A stretch of 64,000 nt of DNA from Candidimonas sp. (GCA_004297945.1 SCRC01000006.1:1801-65800); one strand, 5' to 3'; shown: positions 9,731 through 21,402, numbered from the stretch's first letter. Notes: a model not told the origin generated them from the sequence alone. Program-made: numbers and translations.

Positions 9731-10677
9731 GAATTGCGCTCCAGCCAAGCCAGGATTTGCTCGCAGGCGGGCGGCAGCCCGGCCTGCAAAACCAGCGATT
9801 CACCCGAGAGCGGATGAGGAATTTCCAGACGACAGGCATGTAGAAACATACGATTAAACCCCACTCGCGAAAATCGGTCGCGCACCTCGTCGGCCCCATA
9901 TTTATCGTCGCCCACAATAGGATATCCCGCAGCGGCCAGATGCACACGAATTTGATGGGTGCGTCCGGTGCGCAGTTCCGCATCCAGCAAGCTGAAGCGC
10001 CCATAACGCCTTTTCAGGGTAATAATAGTATGAGCTTCCTTGCCCTCTTGATCGACCTTGACGCGTCGCTCGCCCGAGGCCGTTAGCCACTTGAGCAAAG
10101 GCTGGCGCAAATGCTGCTTGTCATTGACCCAGTCGCCCACGACCAGCGCCTGATAGTGCTTGCGCCCCCGCCCCTCGCGCATCATCTGATGCAGGGCCAG
10201 CAACGCGCGGCGTTGCTTGGCGATCATCAACAAGCCGGATGTTTCACGATCCAGCCGGTGCGCCAGCTCCAGCGTGGCGTCGGGGTGAGCGGCGCGCAGT
10301 TGCTCTATTACGCCAAACGCCACGCCGCTGCCACCATGAACCGCCACGCCAGCGGGTTTATCCACGACCAGGAGGGCCTCATCTTCGAAAACCACGGGAA
10401 ATACAGCTGGCGGAACCGCTCTGCGTTCCCCCTCCTGAGGCAGGCGCAAGGGTGGTACACGCACCGTGTCGCCCTGCGCCAGGCGGTAATCGGCGCCGAT
10501 GCGTCCCTTGTTAACCCGCACCTCGCCGCTGCGCAGCGCCTTGTATAAGTGGCTTTTAGGGACACCCTTGCACAGCCGCAGCAAGAAATTATCGATCCGC
10601 TGCCCCGCCTGCTCAACATCAATCTGCACAAAACGCACAATGGGGGCAGGGTTTTTATTATTTTCAGGTTTGCGCAT
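9727..10677 (-). CDS. rluC: 23S rRNA pseudouridine synthase C
   Basis: S4 domain GQRIDNFL, HRLDRETSG, TGRTHQIR; divergent from rne. Confidence 0.92.
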   Translation of the reverse strand: MRKPENNKNPAPIVRFVQIDVEQAGQRIDNFLLRLCKGVPKSHLYKALRSGEVRVNKGRIGADYRLAQGDTVRVPPLRLPQEGERRAVPPAVFPVVFEDEALLVVDKPAGVAVHGGSGVAFGVIEQLRAAHPDATLELAHRLDRETSGLLMIAKQRRALLALHQMMREGRGRKHYQALVVGDWVNDKQHLRQPLLKWLTASGERRVKVDQEGKEAHTIITLKRRYGRFSLLDAELRTGRTHQIRVHLAAAGYPIVGDDKYGADEVRDRFSRVGFNRMFLHACRLEIPHPLSGESLVLQAGLPPACEQILAWLERNS

Positions 10678-10759
10678 GGAGAAAAGCGGCATATAATCCG
10701 AATCAGCCTATAGAAGCTGGAAAATTGCCTGCGTAGAGATGCAGTGGATGCGCCTCCGT

Positions 10760-11190
10760 CTGGCATACAAGGGCCTATTGTACTGCCTGTGTTTCAGCTT
10801 CTGGGTCATAAGGTCGCCGGGCTAATCCTGGTTTGTTGAAGCAGTGGTGTGGCACACCGTGCCCGCTGTTCAGACAAACCGATTAACAACCGCGTGCGGC
10901 GCTAAAAGCTCTTGCATGTCAAGTCATCGTTTAATTGCACCAGATGCGAACGTAATTCCGCGTCTGCCGTTTCACAGCATCCCTTTCGTCAACCACTATT
11001 GTGCACCTGACCTCTCTGCTGACTGAACCGCGTGTCCACCGACACGTTGTGCCTACCTGACCTGTTGGTGGGTGCTGCCTGACGTCGTCAGCCTAGTCCC
11101 CTTCGCATTGCTCGATCCAGCGCCACACACCGAGTGACCCGCGGTTGTGCGCCGATAAACGGCGCGCCATGACTACGGAGAAAAACACTC
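10760..11190 (+). promoter_or_regulatory. long rne promoter/5' leader region
   Basis: about 500-bp non-coding gap between rluC and rne; long autoregulatory rne leaders are known in proteobacteria; boundaries inferred. Confidence 0.45.
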
Positions 11191-14142
11191 ATGAAACGGA
11201 TGTTGTTTAATGCAACGCACCAAGAAGAACTACGCGTTGCGATTGTCGATGGCCAAAAACTCATAGACCTCGACATCGAAGCCGCCGGTCGCGAACAGCG
11301 TAAAGGCAATATTTATAAAGGGGTCATCACCCGCATCGAGCCCGGGCTGGAAGCGTGTTTTGTCAATTATGGCGAAGACCGTCACGGCTTTTTGCCCTTC
11401 AAGGAGGTCGCCCGCAGCTACTTCAAAGAAGGCGTCGATGTACGCACCGCCCGCATCCAGGACGCTTTGGCCGAAGGCCAGGAACTGATTATTCAGGTCG
11501 AAAAGGAAGAGCGCGGCAACAAGGGCGCGGCTCTGACCACCTTTATTTCGCTCGCGGGCCGCTATCTGGTGCTCATGCCCAACAACCCTCGCGGAGGCGG
11601 TGTTTCGCGTCGAGTCGAAGGCGAAGAACGCCAGGAACTGCGCGACACCATGGATCAGCTTGAGCTTCCAACCGGGATGAGCATAATTGCCCGCACGGCC
11701 GGAATCGGCCGCAACGTCGAAGAGTTGCAATGGGACTTGTCCTATCTGATGCAACTCTGGAACGCCATTGACGCGGCCGCCCGCGAAAATTCAGCGCCCA
11801 TTCTCATTTACCTTGAATCCAGTCTGGTCATCCGCGCCATCCGCGACTACTACTCGCCCGAAATCGGCGAAATCCTGATCGACACGGACGATATCGCCGA
11901 GCAGGCCAAGGCCTTCATGAGCGTAGTCATGCCCGACAACGTTCAGTCCGTCAAAATTTACCGCGACGACGTCCCGCTGTTTTCACGGTTTCAGATCGAG
12001 CACCAGATTGAAACAGCCTACTCCCGTACGGTAGAGCTGCCTTCGGGCGGCTCAGTGGTTATCGACCATACCGAAGCCCTGGTGGCGGTGGACGTCAACT
12101 CGGCGCGCTCGACCCGTGGCGCCGATATTGAAGAAACGGCGCTGCGCACCAACCTTGAAGCGGCCGACGAAGTGGCTCGCCAATTGCGCCTGCGCGACCT
12201 GGGCGGACTGATCGTCATCGACTTCATCGACATGGAAGAAGGCAAGAATCAGCGCGCCGTCGAACAGCGTCTGCGTGATGCACTGCATTTCGATCGAGCA
12301 CGAGTCCAGATGGGCAAGATCTCGCGCTTTGGACTCATGGAACTGTCCAGGCAGCGTCTACGCCCTGCGCTGAACGAAGGCTCGCACATTACCTGCCCCC
12401 GCTGTAACGGCACGGGTGTCATTCGCGATGCCGAGTCCAGTGCCCTGCATGTCCTGCGCCTGCTGCAGGAAGAGGCCATGAAGGAAAACACGGCGGCCCT
12501 GCATGCGCAAGTGCCGGTCGATGTGGCCACCTACCTGCTGAACGAAAAACGCGCCGATATCACCAAGATAGAATCGCGCCTGAAGGTCAACCTGGTGCTG
12601 ATACCTAATAAGTACCTGGAAACACCGCATCACCACATCGAGCGCCTGCGTCACGACGACCCGCGCCTGGAAGAAATCAAGACCAGCTTCGATCTGGCCC
12701 AAAGCCCCAGCACCGATGTCGTCTGGGCGCCTAAAGAACACGAAGCCAAGGCACGCCCTGAAGCTTTGGTCAAAGGAATTACTCCCGCTCATCCAGCCCC
12801 AATTTCACGCGCAGCGGCCCCGGCAATTGCAGTTGCAACGGCCAGCAGCAAGGGCCTGTTCCAGCGTTTCATGAACTGGATCACTCATAGCGCAGACAGC
12901 ACCAGCACAACAGCCGCCCCCGAACCCATCGTTGAAGCCACCGAGAAACGCCCAACAGCCACCAATCGCAACAACCGGAATCCCCGCCAGGGGGACAGAC
13001 GTGAAGGGGGTGATCGAAATCGCCAGCGCCGCAGCCATAATCGCCGCTCCGAAAACGGCGAGACGAGCAGCGAAGACACACAACGCGCTTCAGCCCGTCA
13101 CCAGACCCAACGTAACCAGGCCAGCGAGCAAGATGCCGGCGACGTTCGGCCGGAGCAGAATCCTGACCAATCGGCCAGTGTGGCTGAAACACCCAACGGC
13201 CAGCGCAATGGACGCAATCGCCGCGGACGCAATCGCTCGCGGGATGATCGGCCAGCCGACGATCAGGTCGCAGACCAAGCGCCTGCCGTGGGCGAAAATC
13301 CAAGTACAGACGCAGCGACTCCCGAAGCCCAGCCCGTTGCACACGCAGACGAAGCCTTGGGCGGCACGATAACAGCTGACGCCATCGCGCAAGCTGATGG
13401 AGAACAAGCCGATCCCGAGCGCAAGCGCCGCCGTCGCCGCAGCCGTCGCGGTCGTCGCAGCCCGGATGCTGGCATCGAAAACAGCACCGACGCGGTCGAT
13501 GCCGTCGATGCCGTCGATGACGCTGAGCATGCCACCACCTTCGTCTCGCACGAAACACCTTCGTTCAACCCCGGCGCCCTGCCGGCGGCGGCCACGACTC
13601 TTGGCGCATTTCCAGCAGTCGCCCAGGCACCTGAACAGGCTGAGCCCGAATCGGTTGTGTCTGAGCCGGTTGTGTCTGAGCCGGTTGTGTCTGAGCCGGT
13701 TGTGTCTGAGCCGGTTGTGTCTGAGCCGGTTGTGTCTGAGCCTGTTGTGTCGGAACCTGTTGTGTCTGAACAGTCCGCTGCTGCGCCAGCCATAGCCGAA
13801 TCGGCGGCCATCTCTGACCCAACCGCCCAACGCGTCGTGGTGGCTGACACGCATGACGAGCACGACTTGAACAACGGCGTCGCCAATGGCCGTGCGCCCA
13901 GCGACGTCAACGCAGATCACAATTCGGCATTGGACCAGGCTCACGGCATCGACCCCGTCACGGTCGTCGGCGCGACCAGCGAACGGCTGCATGACATCGT
14001 GACCGGCGCAGGCATGGAGTGGATCGAAACAAAGCCTACTAATCAGGCACCAGCACCCACAACCCCGGTTCGCCTGGGCCGTGCACGCAAGCAATCAACC
14101 CGAGCCGCGTCAGAACCTTTGGAGCAGGTCGAAACGCACTAA
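11191..14142 (+). CDS. rne: ribonuclease E
   Basis: [25 protein letters not shown] Zn-link, amphipathic membrane helix [10 protein letters not shown], Arg-rich scaffold, VET end. Confidence 0.97.
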   Translation: MKRMLFNATHQEELRVAIVDGQKLIDLDIEAAGREQRKGNIYKGVITRIEPGLEACFVNYGEDRHGFLPFKEVARSYFKEGVDVRTARIQDALAEGQELIIQVEKEERGNKGAALTTFISLAGRYLVLMPNNPRGGGVSRRVEGEERQELRDTMDQLELPTGMSIIARTAGIGRNVEELQWDLSYLMQLWNAIDAAARENSAPILIYLESSLVIRAIRDYYSPEIGEILIDTDDIAEQAKAFMSVVMPDNVQSVKIYRDDVPLFSRFQIEHQIETAYSRTVELPSGGSVVIDHTEALVAVDVNSARSTRGADIEETALRTNLEAADEVARQLRLRDLGGLIVIDFIDMEEGKNQRAVEQRLRDALHFDRARVQMGKISRFGLMELSRQRLRPALNEGSHITCPRCNGTGVIRDAESSALHVLRLLQEEAMKENTAALHAQVPVDVATYLLNEKRADITKIESRLKVNLVLIPNKYLETPHHHIERLRHDDPRLEEIKTSFDLAQSPSTDVVWAPKEHEAKARPEALVKGITPAHPAPISRAAAPAIAVATASSKGLFQRFMNWITHSADSTSTTAAPEPIVEATEKRPTATNRNNRNPRQGDRREGGDRNRQRRSHNRRSENGETSSEDTQRASARHQTQRNQASEQDAGDVRPEQNPDQSASVAETPNGQRNGRNRRGRNRSRDDRPADDQVADQAPAVGENPSTDAATPEAQPVAHADEALGGTITADAIAQADGEQADPERKRRRRRSRRGRRSPDAGIENSTDAVDAVDAVDDAEHATTFVSHETPSFNPGALPAAATTLGAFPAVAQAPEQAEPESVVSEPVVSEPVVSEPVVSEPVVSEPVVSEPVVSEPVVSEQSAAAPAIAESAAISDPTAQRVVVADTHDEHDLNNGVANGRAPSDVNADHNSALDQAHGIDPVTVVGATSERLHDIVTGAGMEWIETKPTNQAPAPTTPVRLGRARKQSTRAASEPLEQVETH
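13648..13767 (+). repeat. in-frame 15-bp tandem repeat (EPVVS) x8
   Basis: GAGCCGGTTGTGTCT units in the RNase E C-terminal region. Confidence 0.95.
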
Positions 14143-14177
14143 GGCTGGGTGTCACGGGCCGGATATTGGCTGCAGAT

Positions 14178-14248
14178 TGGCACCCACAAGGGGTGCCGCT
14201 ACAAGCATATAGCCGCCGCGAATGTAATGGCAGCCCTTGTGGCTGCCA
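14178..14248. repeat. inverted REP pair (A + B)
   Basis: 14178-14203 type A; 14223-14248 type B reversed (GTAG mutated to GTAA); 19-nt spacer. Confidence 0.9.
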
Positions 14249-14266
14249 TTTTCAATAGCTGCCCGA

Positions 14267-15190
14267 TCAGGCCCGCGCCAGAGGCGCGGCCACGTGGGCG
14301 GACAACGCTATGGCTTGCCCGCCATCCCACCAGAATATGCGCCCGACCGGAACACGGCGGGCGATTTCTATGGCCTGCCCAGGGTCGCTTTCAATAAAAT
14401 GAGTATGTCCGTATTCGAGCAAGCAATCGGCCTTGTGCGCGGCCGCGCCTGCTGCGTCGTGGCGCCGTGGATCACGCATCCGCAAAACCCCCCGATAACC
14501 ATGGCGGGTCAGCCAGCCTTGGGTGCGTGCCCGATCCTGTTCGGGCCGTCCAGTGATGACGGCCACTTGCGCCAGGCTAATTGGCGGGAGTACGGTGCAA
14601 GGCGCCAAGGCGTCGCGCAAAGCCAAAGCGATATCAAGCGTAGCCGCATCATAAAGGCGCGATGGTAAGTCGGGAACCAGCACGCCGTCTAAATCGACCG
14701 CCCAAGACGCATAATCAGACTCTGAACGATCTGGCCTATTGCCGGTGGCAGCAAAGGCCGCCGTTATGGTCTCGCGCTCCCAGGGAAACCAGGCTGCGGC
14801 GCCATTTGGCATCTCCAGACCGAAATCGGGCCGGATCCGCGACTCGCTGTCGTAGGCCAGCGTGAATACCACTACGCTGTAGCCGGCCTTGAGCAAAAAG
14901 TCGCGGCAATCCACCAGCGTGGTGCCTCGACCAGCCACATCCTCGACCAGCAACACACGAGCCCCGGCTGCGGGAACCCGCAGAGTAAACCAATCGATGG
15001 CCCGCGTCGGGCGCGCATAACTCAAGGCAAACAACGGCAGGGATAACGCGCTCGCCGCCATGATTGCCGGCGCCAGCCCGCCGCGGGCAATAGCCACTAC
15101 AGCGTCAAAGTGCATACAGCGCCATTGAGGCACATGGCGCAGAACTTCAGATTCAACGCGTGGGTAGTCGTAGGGAAAAGCCGTACGCAA
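14267..15190 (-). CDS. type I phosphoribosyltransferase fused to a HAD-like domain
   Basis: VAIARGGL and VLLVEDVAGRGTT (PRPP loop), FPWE, then AVDLDGVL, VITGRP, K, HFIES HAD motifs; TTG start. Confidence 0.75.
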   Translation of the reverse strand: MRTAFPYDYPRVESEVLRHVPQWRCMHFDAVVAIARGGLAPAIMAASALSLPLFALSYARPTRAIDWFTLRVPAAGARVLLVEDVAGRGTTLVDCRDFLLKAGYSVVVFTLAYDSESRIRPDFGLEMPNGAAAWFPWERETITAAFAATGNRPDRSESDYASWAVDLDGVLVPDLPSRLYDAATLDIALALRDALAPCTVLPPISLAQVAVITGRPEQDRARTQGWLTRHGYRGVLRMRDPRRHDAAGAAAHKADCLLEYGHTHFIESDPGQAIEIARRVPVGRIFWWDGGQAIALSAHVAAPLARA

Positions 15191-15234
15191 GGCTTAAGTC
15201 CTGCCTTTTAAAATATGGCGCGCTATGGCGTCTA

Positions 15235-15488
15235 TGGCACCCACAAGGGGTGCCGCTACATGATTCATGGGTAGGTATTTCTTATGGCACCCACAAGGGG
15301 TGCCGCTACATGATTCATGGGTAGGTATTTCTTATGGCACCCACAAGGGGTGCCGCTACATAATTCATGGGTAAGTATTTGTAGCGGCACCCCTTGTGGG
15401 TGCCATTTTCATTCAAGACGATATCTGGCATCGATGACAGGCACAAGGCCTGTCGCTACAGGCCCGCCGCTACAGGCCTGCCGCTACC
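15235..15488. repeat. REP array: 3 tandem 50-bp units, REP doublet (A+C), 14-bp stutter
   Basis: REPs at 15235, 15285, 15335 (same orientation), 15380 (inverted), 15435 (type C), then GGCCYGYCGCTAC(A/C) x3. Confidence 0.95.
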
Positions 15489-15536
15489 AAACAAAGGGGC
15501 CGCTAACAAATACGTATTCGCCAACCGGCAAACCTG

Positions 15537-16418
15537 CTAATTGGCTTTGGCGACGACGTCTGCAGGCTGTCGGGTCAAAAGCGCCAGCAGATGCGCCAGC
15601 TCGACGCGCATCTGGCGCCTATCGATCACCATATCGATTGCGCCCTTTTCGAGCAGGAATTCGGAACGCTGGAAGCCCTCGGGCAGCTTTTCACGCACGG
15701 TCTGCTCGATCACACGCGGCCCGGCAAAGCCGATCAGCGCCTTGGGCTCGGCGATGATCACATCGCCCATAAAGGCAAAGCTGGCGGACACGCCTCCCAT
15801 GGTGGGATCGGTCAGAACGCTGATAAACGGCAAACCAGCCGCCGACAGACGAGTCAACATGGCATTGGTCTTGGCCATTTGCAATAATGAAAACAAGCTT
15901 TCCTGCATGCGGGCTCCGCCCGAGGCGGCCACACAAATGAACGGAGTGCGATTCTTGATGGCTTCCTGCGCTCCACGCGCAAACCGTTCGCCTACCACTG
16001 ACCCCATTGACCCACCCATGAAATCGAATTCGAAGCAGGCCAGCACCACAGGCACCGCCAATATGCAGCCGCTCATCACGACCATCGCTTCGGATTCTTC
16101 GGTATGTTTGGAAGCTTCGGCCACGCGTTCGGTATATTTGCGAGTGTCTTTGAACTTGAGCGGATCGACCGGATAAATATCGGCTCCAATCTCGACTTGG
16201 CCCTCGGCGTCGAGCAAAGCGGCAATACGCGCTCTGGAGCCGATCCGCATGTGATGGCTGCAATTGGGGCACACATGCAGCGAGGCGGCCAAGTCTTCGT
16301 TATACAGCACAGCTTCACAGGATGGGCACTTGACCCACAGGCCTTCGGGAACCCGCCGCGCGCTCGTATCCGTGCTGCGGTTTATGCGTGGAGGAAGAAT
16401 TTTTTCGAGCCAGCTCAT
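15537..16418 (-). CDS. accD: acetyl-CoA carboxylase carboxyltransferase beta
   Basis: LWVKCPSC zinc finger, [25 protein letters not shown]. Confidence 0.97.
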   Translation of the reverse strand: MSWLEKILPPRINRSTDTSARRVPEGLWVKCPSCEAVLYNEDLAASLHVCPNCSHHMRIGSRARIAALLDAEGQVEIGADIYPVDPLKFKDTRKYTERVAEASKHTEESEAMVVMSGCILAVPVVLACFEFDFMGGSMGSVVGERFARGAQEAIKNRTPFICVAASGGARMQESLFSLLQMAKTNAMLTRLSAAGLPFISVLTDPTMGGVSASFAFMGDVIIAEPKALIGFAGPRVIEQTVREKLPEGFQRSEFLLEKGAIDMVIDRRQMRVELAHLLALLTRQPADVVAKAN

Positions 16419-16479
16419 TGTTATAGTCCCTTGATGAGGTTCGACTTGTAATCGAAACTATGTTTTTATGCTCTGGGGC

Positions 16480-17352
16480 TTACCCTGGAGCTTGATCCAG
16501 CGCATGGCGTATGCCCGCAAGCCAGACCTTCGCCGCCGTTATGGCGGCCGCATCGCTGTACTCGTTCAAGGCCTGGGCGCTTTGCGCCGCCTGATGAGCG
16601 GGCGCCGCCGCCGCCACGGCAGCCTCAATGGTTTCAATCAGCTTGCTGCCTATTACTACGGCATCGGCCACCCCGGCCAGGCGCCGTGCGCTTTGCGCGT
16701 CGCGTATGCCAAAACCCACGCCCACCGGCAGCGACACATGACGACGGATTTGAGCCACATGGCGCGCGACATCGTCGCAATCCAGATGGCCCGCGCCGGT
16801 TACACCCTTTAGAGACACATAATACACATAGCCGCGCGCTACCCGGGCCACGTTGCGGATGCGCTCCTCGCTCGACGTGGGTGCCAGCAAAAAAATCGGC
16901 GCAATGCCCACATCAGCCAGCGCGGTCGCGAAATCGCCGATCTCTTCGGGAGGATAGTCCACGACGAGCACTCCATCCACGCCAGCTTGTTGAGCGGCGG
17001 CGGCAAATTCCAGTTGCCCCATGCGCTCGATGGGGTTTGCATAGCCCATGAGCACCACGGGTGTGCGCGCATCGTCGCGCCGGAACTCGGCCACCATTTC
17101 CAGCACCTGGCGCAAGCCCACGCCGCGCGCAATCGCGCGGTCGCCCGCTCGCTGGATCACCGGGCCGTCGGCCATGGGGTCGGAAAACGGCACGCCCAGC
17201 TCCACCACATCGGCCCCCGCCTCCACCAGCGCATGCATCAGCTGCGGCGTGGCTGCCACTGACGGATCGCCGGCAGTAATGTACGGGATTAGGGCGGTGC
17301 GCCCGGCCCGCATGGCAAAGACGGCCTGGAATCGATCGATTGGAGAATTCAT
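16480..17352 (-). CDS. trpA: tryptophan synthase alpha
   Basis: [33 protein letters not shown]. Confidence 0.97.
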   Translation of the reverse strand: MNSPIDRFQAVFAMRAGRTALIPYITAGDPSVAATPQLMHALVEAGADVVELGVPFSDPMADGPVIQRAGDRAIARGVGLRQVLEMVAEFRRDDARTPVVLMGYANPIERMGQLEFAAAAQQAGVDGVLVVDYPPEEIGDFATALADVGIAPIFLLAPTSSEERIRNVARVARGYVYYVSLKGVTGAGHLDCDDVARHVAQIRRHVSLPVGVGFGIRDAQSARRLAGVADAVVIGSKLIETIEAAVAAAAPAHQAAQSAQALNEYSDAAAITAAKVWLAGIRHALDQAPG

Positions 17353-17371
17353 TGTGACGCGTCCTTCCTTC

Positions 17372-18571
17372 TTACAGGCTTATACCGCTAAAGTCGGCGA
17401 CCGTATGCATGTCTTTGTCGCCACGCCCCGATAAATTAACCAAAATGACCTTGTCTCGGGCCAGCCCGGGCGCCATGCGAACGGCGTGGGCAATGGCGTG
17501 GGCCGACTCCAGCGCCGGCATAATGCCCTCGGTGCGGCAGCAGTCGTGAAAAGCCGCCAGCGCCTCATCGTCGGTCACGCTGACATACTGCGCACGACCG
17601 CTGTCTTTCAGCCAGGCATGTTCAGGCCCTACTCCCGGGTAATCAAGCCCGGCCGAAATCGAATGAGTCTCCTGAATCTGGCCGTTCTCGTCCTGCATGA
17701 CATACGTTCGGTTGCCATGCAGCACGCCAACGACGCCGGCGTTCAGCGATGCGGCGTGGCGCCCGGTCTCCAAACCCTCGCCGGCGGCTTCGACGCCTAT
17801 TAACTGTACGTCGTGATGATCGATATACGGATAAAAGATACCCATGGCGTTAGAGCCGCCGCCCACCGATGCCACCACATAATCGGGCTGCCGGCCCGCA
17901 TCGACCGGCATTTGCTCCAGACACTCGGCGCCTATGACCGATTGGAAATCACGCACCATCATGGGATAGGGATGGGGCCCAGCCACCGTGCCAATAATGT
18001 AAAAAGTGTTTTCGACATTGGTGACCCAGTCACGCATGGCTTCATTGAGCGCATCTTTAAGCGTGCGCGAGCCAGACTCGACCGGCACCACCGTGGCTCC
18101 CAGCAACTTCATGCGATACATATTGGAGGCTTGACGGCGCACGTCTTCGCTACCCATGTAAACCACGCATTCAAGGCCGTAGCGTGCCGCAACAGTGGCT
18201 GTTGCCACGCCATGCTGGCCTGCACCGGTTTCGGCAATGATGCGCGGCTTGCCCATGCGCCGCGCCAGCAGTATCTGCCCTATGCAATTATTGATTTTGT
18301 GCGCGCCCGTGTGGTTCAAGTCTTCGCGTTTGAACCAGATTTGCGCTCCTCCCAGCTTTTCGGACCAACGCCGCGCATGGTAGACGGGGCTGGGACGCCC
18401 CACAAAATGCTTCAGCTCATAGGCAAATTCGCTCTGGAAGTCGGGATCGACCCGATACTTGTCATAGGCCTCGCGCAATTCATCGAGGGCATGCACCAAG
18501 GTTTCAGAGACAAACGAACCACCGTAACGGCCAAAGTGCCCCTGGCTATCAGGCAAACTATATGATTTCAA
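17372..18571 (-). CDS. trpB: tryptophan synthase beta
   Basis: [40 protein letters not shown]. Confidence 0.97.
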   Translation of the reverse strand: MKSYSLPDSQGHFGRYGGSFVSETLVHALDELREAYDKYRVDPDFQSEFAYELKHFVGRPSPVYHARRWSEKLGGAQIWFKREDLNHTGAHKINNCIGQILLARRMGKPRIIAETGAGQHGVATATVAARYGLECVVYMGSEDVRRQASNMYRMKLLGATVVPVESGSRTLKDALNEAMRDWVTNVENTFYIIGTVAGPHPYPMMVRDFQSVIGAECLEQMPVDAGRQPDYVVASVGGGSNAMGIFYPYIDHHDVQLIGVEAAGEGLETGRHAASLNAGVVGVLHGNRTYVMQDENGQIQETHSISAGLDYPGVGPEHAWLKDSGRAQYVSVTDDEALAAFHDCCRTEGIMPALESAHAIAHAVRMAPGLARDKVILVNLSGRGDKDMHTVADFSGISL

Positions 18572-18717
18572 TTGAGTGCTCTCTAACGCAGCATGTTCCC
18601 GCTAACCTCCGGCAACACGTCTTAAATTTAATCCAGTATTTTAACAGTGCCGCGCCGGCTATCGCCACCGGCCATGTTGCGGGCCTCAAACCCTTTCGGG
18701 CGACAGACGGGGACACC

Positions 18718-20943
18718 TCAATGCCGACTCGCCGTTACGCCGGGGATCTCGTTCAAGGCGGCCAGCGCGCGGGTGATCTGCTCGCCGTTTTTTACCTCGA
18801 CGGTGAAGATCATATGAGCGAGCGAGCGGCGGCTCTGCGTATTGACGCCCACCACGCCGATCCGCAGGCGGGCGAACACTTCCGATAGATCGCGCAGCAG
18901 GCCCGGCGACTCCTGCGCCCGTATGCTGATGTCGATGGGATACACCGCATCGCCGGTATCACCCCAGTCCACTTCGATCACACGTTCGGGTTGCTCCAGG
19001 GCCAATGCAGCGTAAGACGGACAGTCATGCCGATGGATGGACACGCCACGCCCACGCGTCACAAATCCGGCGATCCGATCCGGAGGTGCGGGCCGGCAAC
19101 AGCGCGCCAACTGCGTCATCAGAGAATCCACCCCCACCACCAGAACTCCGCTCTTGCCGGTTCTGATCGCACTGGCGGCGCCGCTGGCCGACGCCACGTG
19201 CGTAGCGGGCCGCACGGGCTCGACCACAGGCGCCCTGAGCACATAGTCGATCTGGCGCAGGCTGAACTCTTCCTTAGCCACCGCGATGTACAAATCGTCG
19301 GCCCGCGCGAAATCCAGTTGTTGCGCCAGGTGTTCCAAATTGATGGCTGTTTTGCCCAGACGCTGCAACTCCCTTTCAACCAGAGCCTGGCCCGCGGCGA
19401 TACGCTGTTGCAACTCGACCGCATTGAACCAGGCACGCACCTTGGCGCGCGACCGCGGGCTGGCCAAAAAACCCAGTTGCGGATTGAGCCAATCGCGCGA
19501 AGGGCCCCCTGCCTTGGCCGCAATGATTTCCACCGTCTGTCCGGTGGACAGCCGAGTCAACAAAGGCACCATCTGCCCGTCCACCCGGGCACCGCGGCAA
19601 CGATGCCCCAGATCGGTATGCAGGTAATACGCAAAATCGACCGGCGTAGCACCCGCAGGCAACTCTATGACTCGCGCCTGCGGCGTCATGACATAGATGC
19701 GATCGACCGACGCGTCGGACGCAGCGGACGCAGCGGACGTAGGGGCCGGGTCGCCGTCCCTGTCCCAGGCCAGCAATTGACGCATCCAGGCCAGCTTTTT
19801 ATCGTAGCCGCTGGCGGCCACCTGCTCGCTGCCACGGGCCCCTGCCTCTTTGTAGCGCCAGTGGGCCGCCATTCCATATTCGGCAAACTGATGCATTTCA
19901 TGGGTGCGGATCTGGATTTCGAAAGGCTTGCCGTCGGCATCAGCCACGACCGTATGCAAGGAACGGTATCCATTAGCTTTGGGGCGCGAAATGTAGTCGT
20001 CGAATTCATCTGACACCGGCGCCCACAGCGCATGAACAATCGCCAGAACCGAATAACAACTGCGCTCATCGTCCACAATGACCCGCAAGGCACGCAGATC
20101 GAACAGGCGGTTAAACGCCAGATGTTTGTTCTGCATCTTGTTCCAGATGCTGTAAATATGCTTGGGTCTGCCCGAGACCTGCGCGGCAATATGCGAGTCT
20201 TTCAGCGCAGCCTGCAACTGCGCCACCGCATCGGCGATAAAGGCTTCGCGCTGCACCCGTTTTTCTTCAAGCTGGCGAGCTATCGTTTTATAGATATCGG
20301 GTTCCAGGAAACGGAAGGCCCGATCTTCCATCTCCCACTTCAACTGCCATATGCCCAGGCGATTGGCCAGCGGCGTATAAAGCTCCATGGTTTCACGGGC
20401 AAACGCAAGGGGGCAAGGCGTCTTTGAGCTGGCGTGCCAGCGCAGGGATTGCAAACGCGAAGCCAGACGCATCAACACAATGCGCAAGTCGGCCGCCATG
20501 GCCAGCAGCATCTTGCGCTGCATTTCCTTCTGGTCGCCGCTCGCTACGGACGCATCGCTGGATTGGCCCGCCAGGTGGCCCAGACGCAGCAGCGCGCGCG
20601 TGCCCTGCACCAACGACACTACCTCGGCGCCGAAGGCCTTCAGCAGAGGATCTTGCCTGGCATGGGCCGCCGACGACGCATCGGCCGGTAAAACCGTAAG
20701 CAGCGCGCTGGCACGGGTCACCGCGTCGGTACCCATCTCGGAAAGCAAACGCACTACAGCCGCACTATGTTCGGCCAAGGGCTCGCCGGTACTGGCCTGC
20801 AACCCCTTGAGCGGCGCTCGCGCCCACGCCACAGCCCGCTCGATCAACGCGCGTCCGGACTCATCCAGATCGGCGCCGACCTGCTCACTCCAGCCCGAGT
20901 CAAAGGGTGGTGTATCGTCAGCAAAAGAGGCAGTCATAGACAT
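18718..20943 (-). CDS. relA: (p)ppGpp synthetase RelA
   Basis: degenerate HD domain, PLANRLGI, GRPKHIYSI, YRSLHT, TGS, CC and ACT domains; start approximate. Confidence 0.92.
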   Translation of the reverse strand: MSMTASFADDTPPFDSGWSEQVGADLDESGRALIERAVAWARAPLKGLQASTGEPLAEHSAAVVRLLSEMGTDAVTRASALLTVLPADASSAAHARQDPLLKAFGAEVVSLVQGTRALLRLGHLAGQSSDASVASGDQKEMQRKMLLAMAADLRIVLMRLASRLQSLRWHASSKTPCPLAFARETMELYTPLANRLGIWQLKWEMEDRAFRFLEPDIYKTIARQLEEKRVQREAFIADAVAQLQAALKDSHIAAQVSGRPKHIYSIWNKMQNKHLAFNRLFDLRALRVIVDDERSCYSVLAIVHALWAPVSDEFDDYISRPKANGYRSLHTVVADADGKPFEIQIRTHEMHQFAEYGMAAHWRYKEAGARGSEQVAASGYDKKLAWMRQLLAWDRDGDPAPTSAASAASDASVDRIYVMTPQARVIELPAGATPVDFAYYLHTDLGHRCRGARVDGQMVPLLTRLSTGQTVEIIAAKAGGPSRDWLNPQLGFLASPRSRAKVRAWFNAVELQQRIAAGQALVERELQRLGKTAINLEHLAQQLDFARADDLYIAVAKEEFSLRQIDYVLRAPVVEPVRPATHVASASGAASAIRTGKSGVLVVGVDSLMTQLARCCRPAPPDRIAGFVTRGRGVSIHRHDCPSYAALALEQPERVIEVDWGDTGDAVYPIDISIRAQESPGLLRDLSEVFARLRIGVVGVNTQSRRSLAHMIFTVEVKNGEQITRALAALNEIPGVTASRH

Positions 20944-21019
20944 AACAGGTACTGCGCACAACCAGAAAACCCAGGAAGATCGTTCGTCATCCGCGGCGAA
21001 CGACGAACGATCCGATCAA

Positions 21020-21370
21020 CTACAGCGCCGCGGTCACCACAATTTCAACTTTGTAGTCAGGGGTTGCCAGACGCGCCTCGACAGTCGCCCGCGCGGGGGT
21101 ATGCCCGGCCGGCACCCAGGCATCCCAAGCCTTGTTCATCTCGGCGAATTCGGCAATATTGGCCACAAAAATCTGCGCCCGCAAAATGCGTGTCTTGTCG
21201 GTGCCTGCGTCAGCCAGCAAGCGATCAATCGTTGCCAGAATTTGCCGGGTCTGCCCCTGCGCATCCTGCGTGTGATCATCGGCCACCTGCCCGGCCAGAT
21301 AGGCAATTCCGTTGAAAATAGTCATGTCCGACATGCGTTTGCCGACATTTACGCGTTTGATATCACTCAT
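21020..21370 (-). CDS. RidA family protein (YoaB-like)
   Basis: YLAGQV, MNKAW, PARATV, VEI motifs. Confidence 0.88.
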   Translation of the reverse strand: MSDIKRVNVGKRMSDMTIFNGIAYLAGQVADDHTQDAQGQTRQILATIDRLLADAGTDKTRILRAQIFVANIAEFAEMNKAWDAWVPAGHTPARATVEARLATPDYKVEIVVTAAL

Positions 21371-21402
21371 TGTGCACTCCGTTATAGGTTAAAAAAACTG
21401 AA

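Noticed and set aside
15235-15405. CRISPR array
   Set aside because: Spacers are identical or nearly so, the repeat is the dispersed REP, the last copy is inverted, and no cas genes are present.
15317-15757. 146-aa ORF and other REP-spanning ORFs (14149, 39169, 47709, 59389)
   Set aside because: They are translations of REP consensus (HPQGVPL, THKGCRY, AAALVAA), several overlapping real genes in antisense.
20690-20780. Loss of the HD motif in RelA
   Set aside because: An inactive hydrolase domain is the normal state of proteobacterial RelA.
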